Source: the human T2T-CHM13v2.0 reference genome, Homo sapiens. From it: DNA of 64,000 nucleotides. Numbering within the stretch: position 1 is the first letter of the stretch; every line of letters starts with the position of its first letter. The DNA is taken from assembly GCF_009914755.1 (NCBI RefSeq), contig NC_060925.1; one strand, written 5' to 3'. The notes beneath the pieces are model-generated. The model saw nothing but the letters and a program-made list of their open reading frames with translations, was not told the origin of the DNA and did no database searches. Positions 63,072-64,000 of the stretch are shown piece after piece. The position numbers and the translations under genes are program-made.

Positions 63072-64000
63072 CTATGTTAAACAGTCCTGGGATTGGACAT
63101 ACCTCTGTGTGAACCAGTACTGAGAAAAAGCAAAAATAACCTAGCTACTTCCTCCTGGAAGACAAGACCACGAGCCAACTAAAATAGTTTAATTTCAAGA
63201 TTAACTATATGCTTGCCACACTTGAGCTCACCAGACCAAAGCTACTATGTCATAATTTCTGCCCAATCCTCAACCAGTTCTCCACCTTAAAACTACCCAG
63301 CCCTCACCCTAACTTCCATAAGTATCCTCCTGACTTCTCCCTTCTGGGATATTACTAAGTCTCTGTCAAGGTGATGTTTGCCCTTATTACAGTAAGTCTA
63401 ATGCATTTAGATTTGTTTGATCAATAACTTGTTTTATTTTTCTTTTCTGGTGGTCTTTTGGAAAGACAATAGCCAATATTTTACAAATGAAGAAATCTGC
63501 CCAAACATACAGTTATTATGAACTACTTTCTTGAAGAGCCAACAGTTAAACCCAGCTGTAACTAATTCTGAAGGTCCTATTCTATCCACAGATGTATACG
63601 TTTAAGCATAAGTGTTAGATTAGATAAAGGAAACACAAGCTTTTACTGTATATTCTTAGAAGTTCACAAGTAAACAACTTTAAAAGAGATGGCAGATTAA
63701 AAATGGCAGTCTATAAATGCAAGGGAAATTCAAGTCCTTAAGTCAAGTCAAAATTTATTCACTGCCATCTGTTCTTCACAGTGACACAGCAATAAAGTGC
63801 ATAAATAAATGAGTCACAGGCTTTAAAAGAGTTGCCCAAATGAGTCTTCAAACAGATACAAACAAAAAAGAACTGAAATCTAAGTATTGATTGTTAACCA
63901 TAAGCGGAGCTTAGAATTTTCCACATGATCCTAAGAAAAATCTCCTAAGCCCTCTTGAGTCAGTGTTCAATGTGCTCTATAATCATAGACTTCTGAGGCC

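Overview
Primate (human-like) genomic DNA containing the 5' end of KCNH1 (EAG1/Kv10.1) on the minus strand. Coding exon 1 (13547-13625, [26 protein letters not shown]) sits in a CpG island; about 13.5 kb of intron 1 lies to its left and about 50 kb of repeat-dense upstream DNA to its right. The window holds about 30 Alus, a 15.5-kb nested L1-in-L1 complex, MaLR and ERV1 LTRs, DNA-transposon relics and a full-length RPS25 processed pseudogene. The most notable unexplained structure is a ~235-bp inverted repeat (11971-12204 and 15910-16156; 14 substitutions plus 2 indels by hand alignment) that I cannot match to any repeat family. It brackets the KCNH1 promoter, CpG island and exon 1 like an invertible cassette. 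Both arms carry a 16-bp palindrome, nuclear-receptor-like sites and outward-reading acceptor-like and AATAAA motifs. Repeat subfamily names are from recall of consensus sequences, not from a search.
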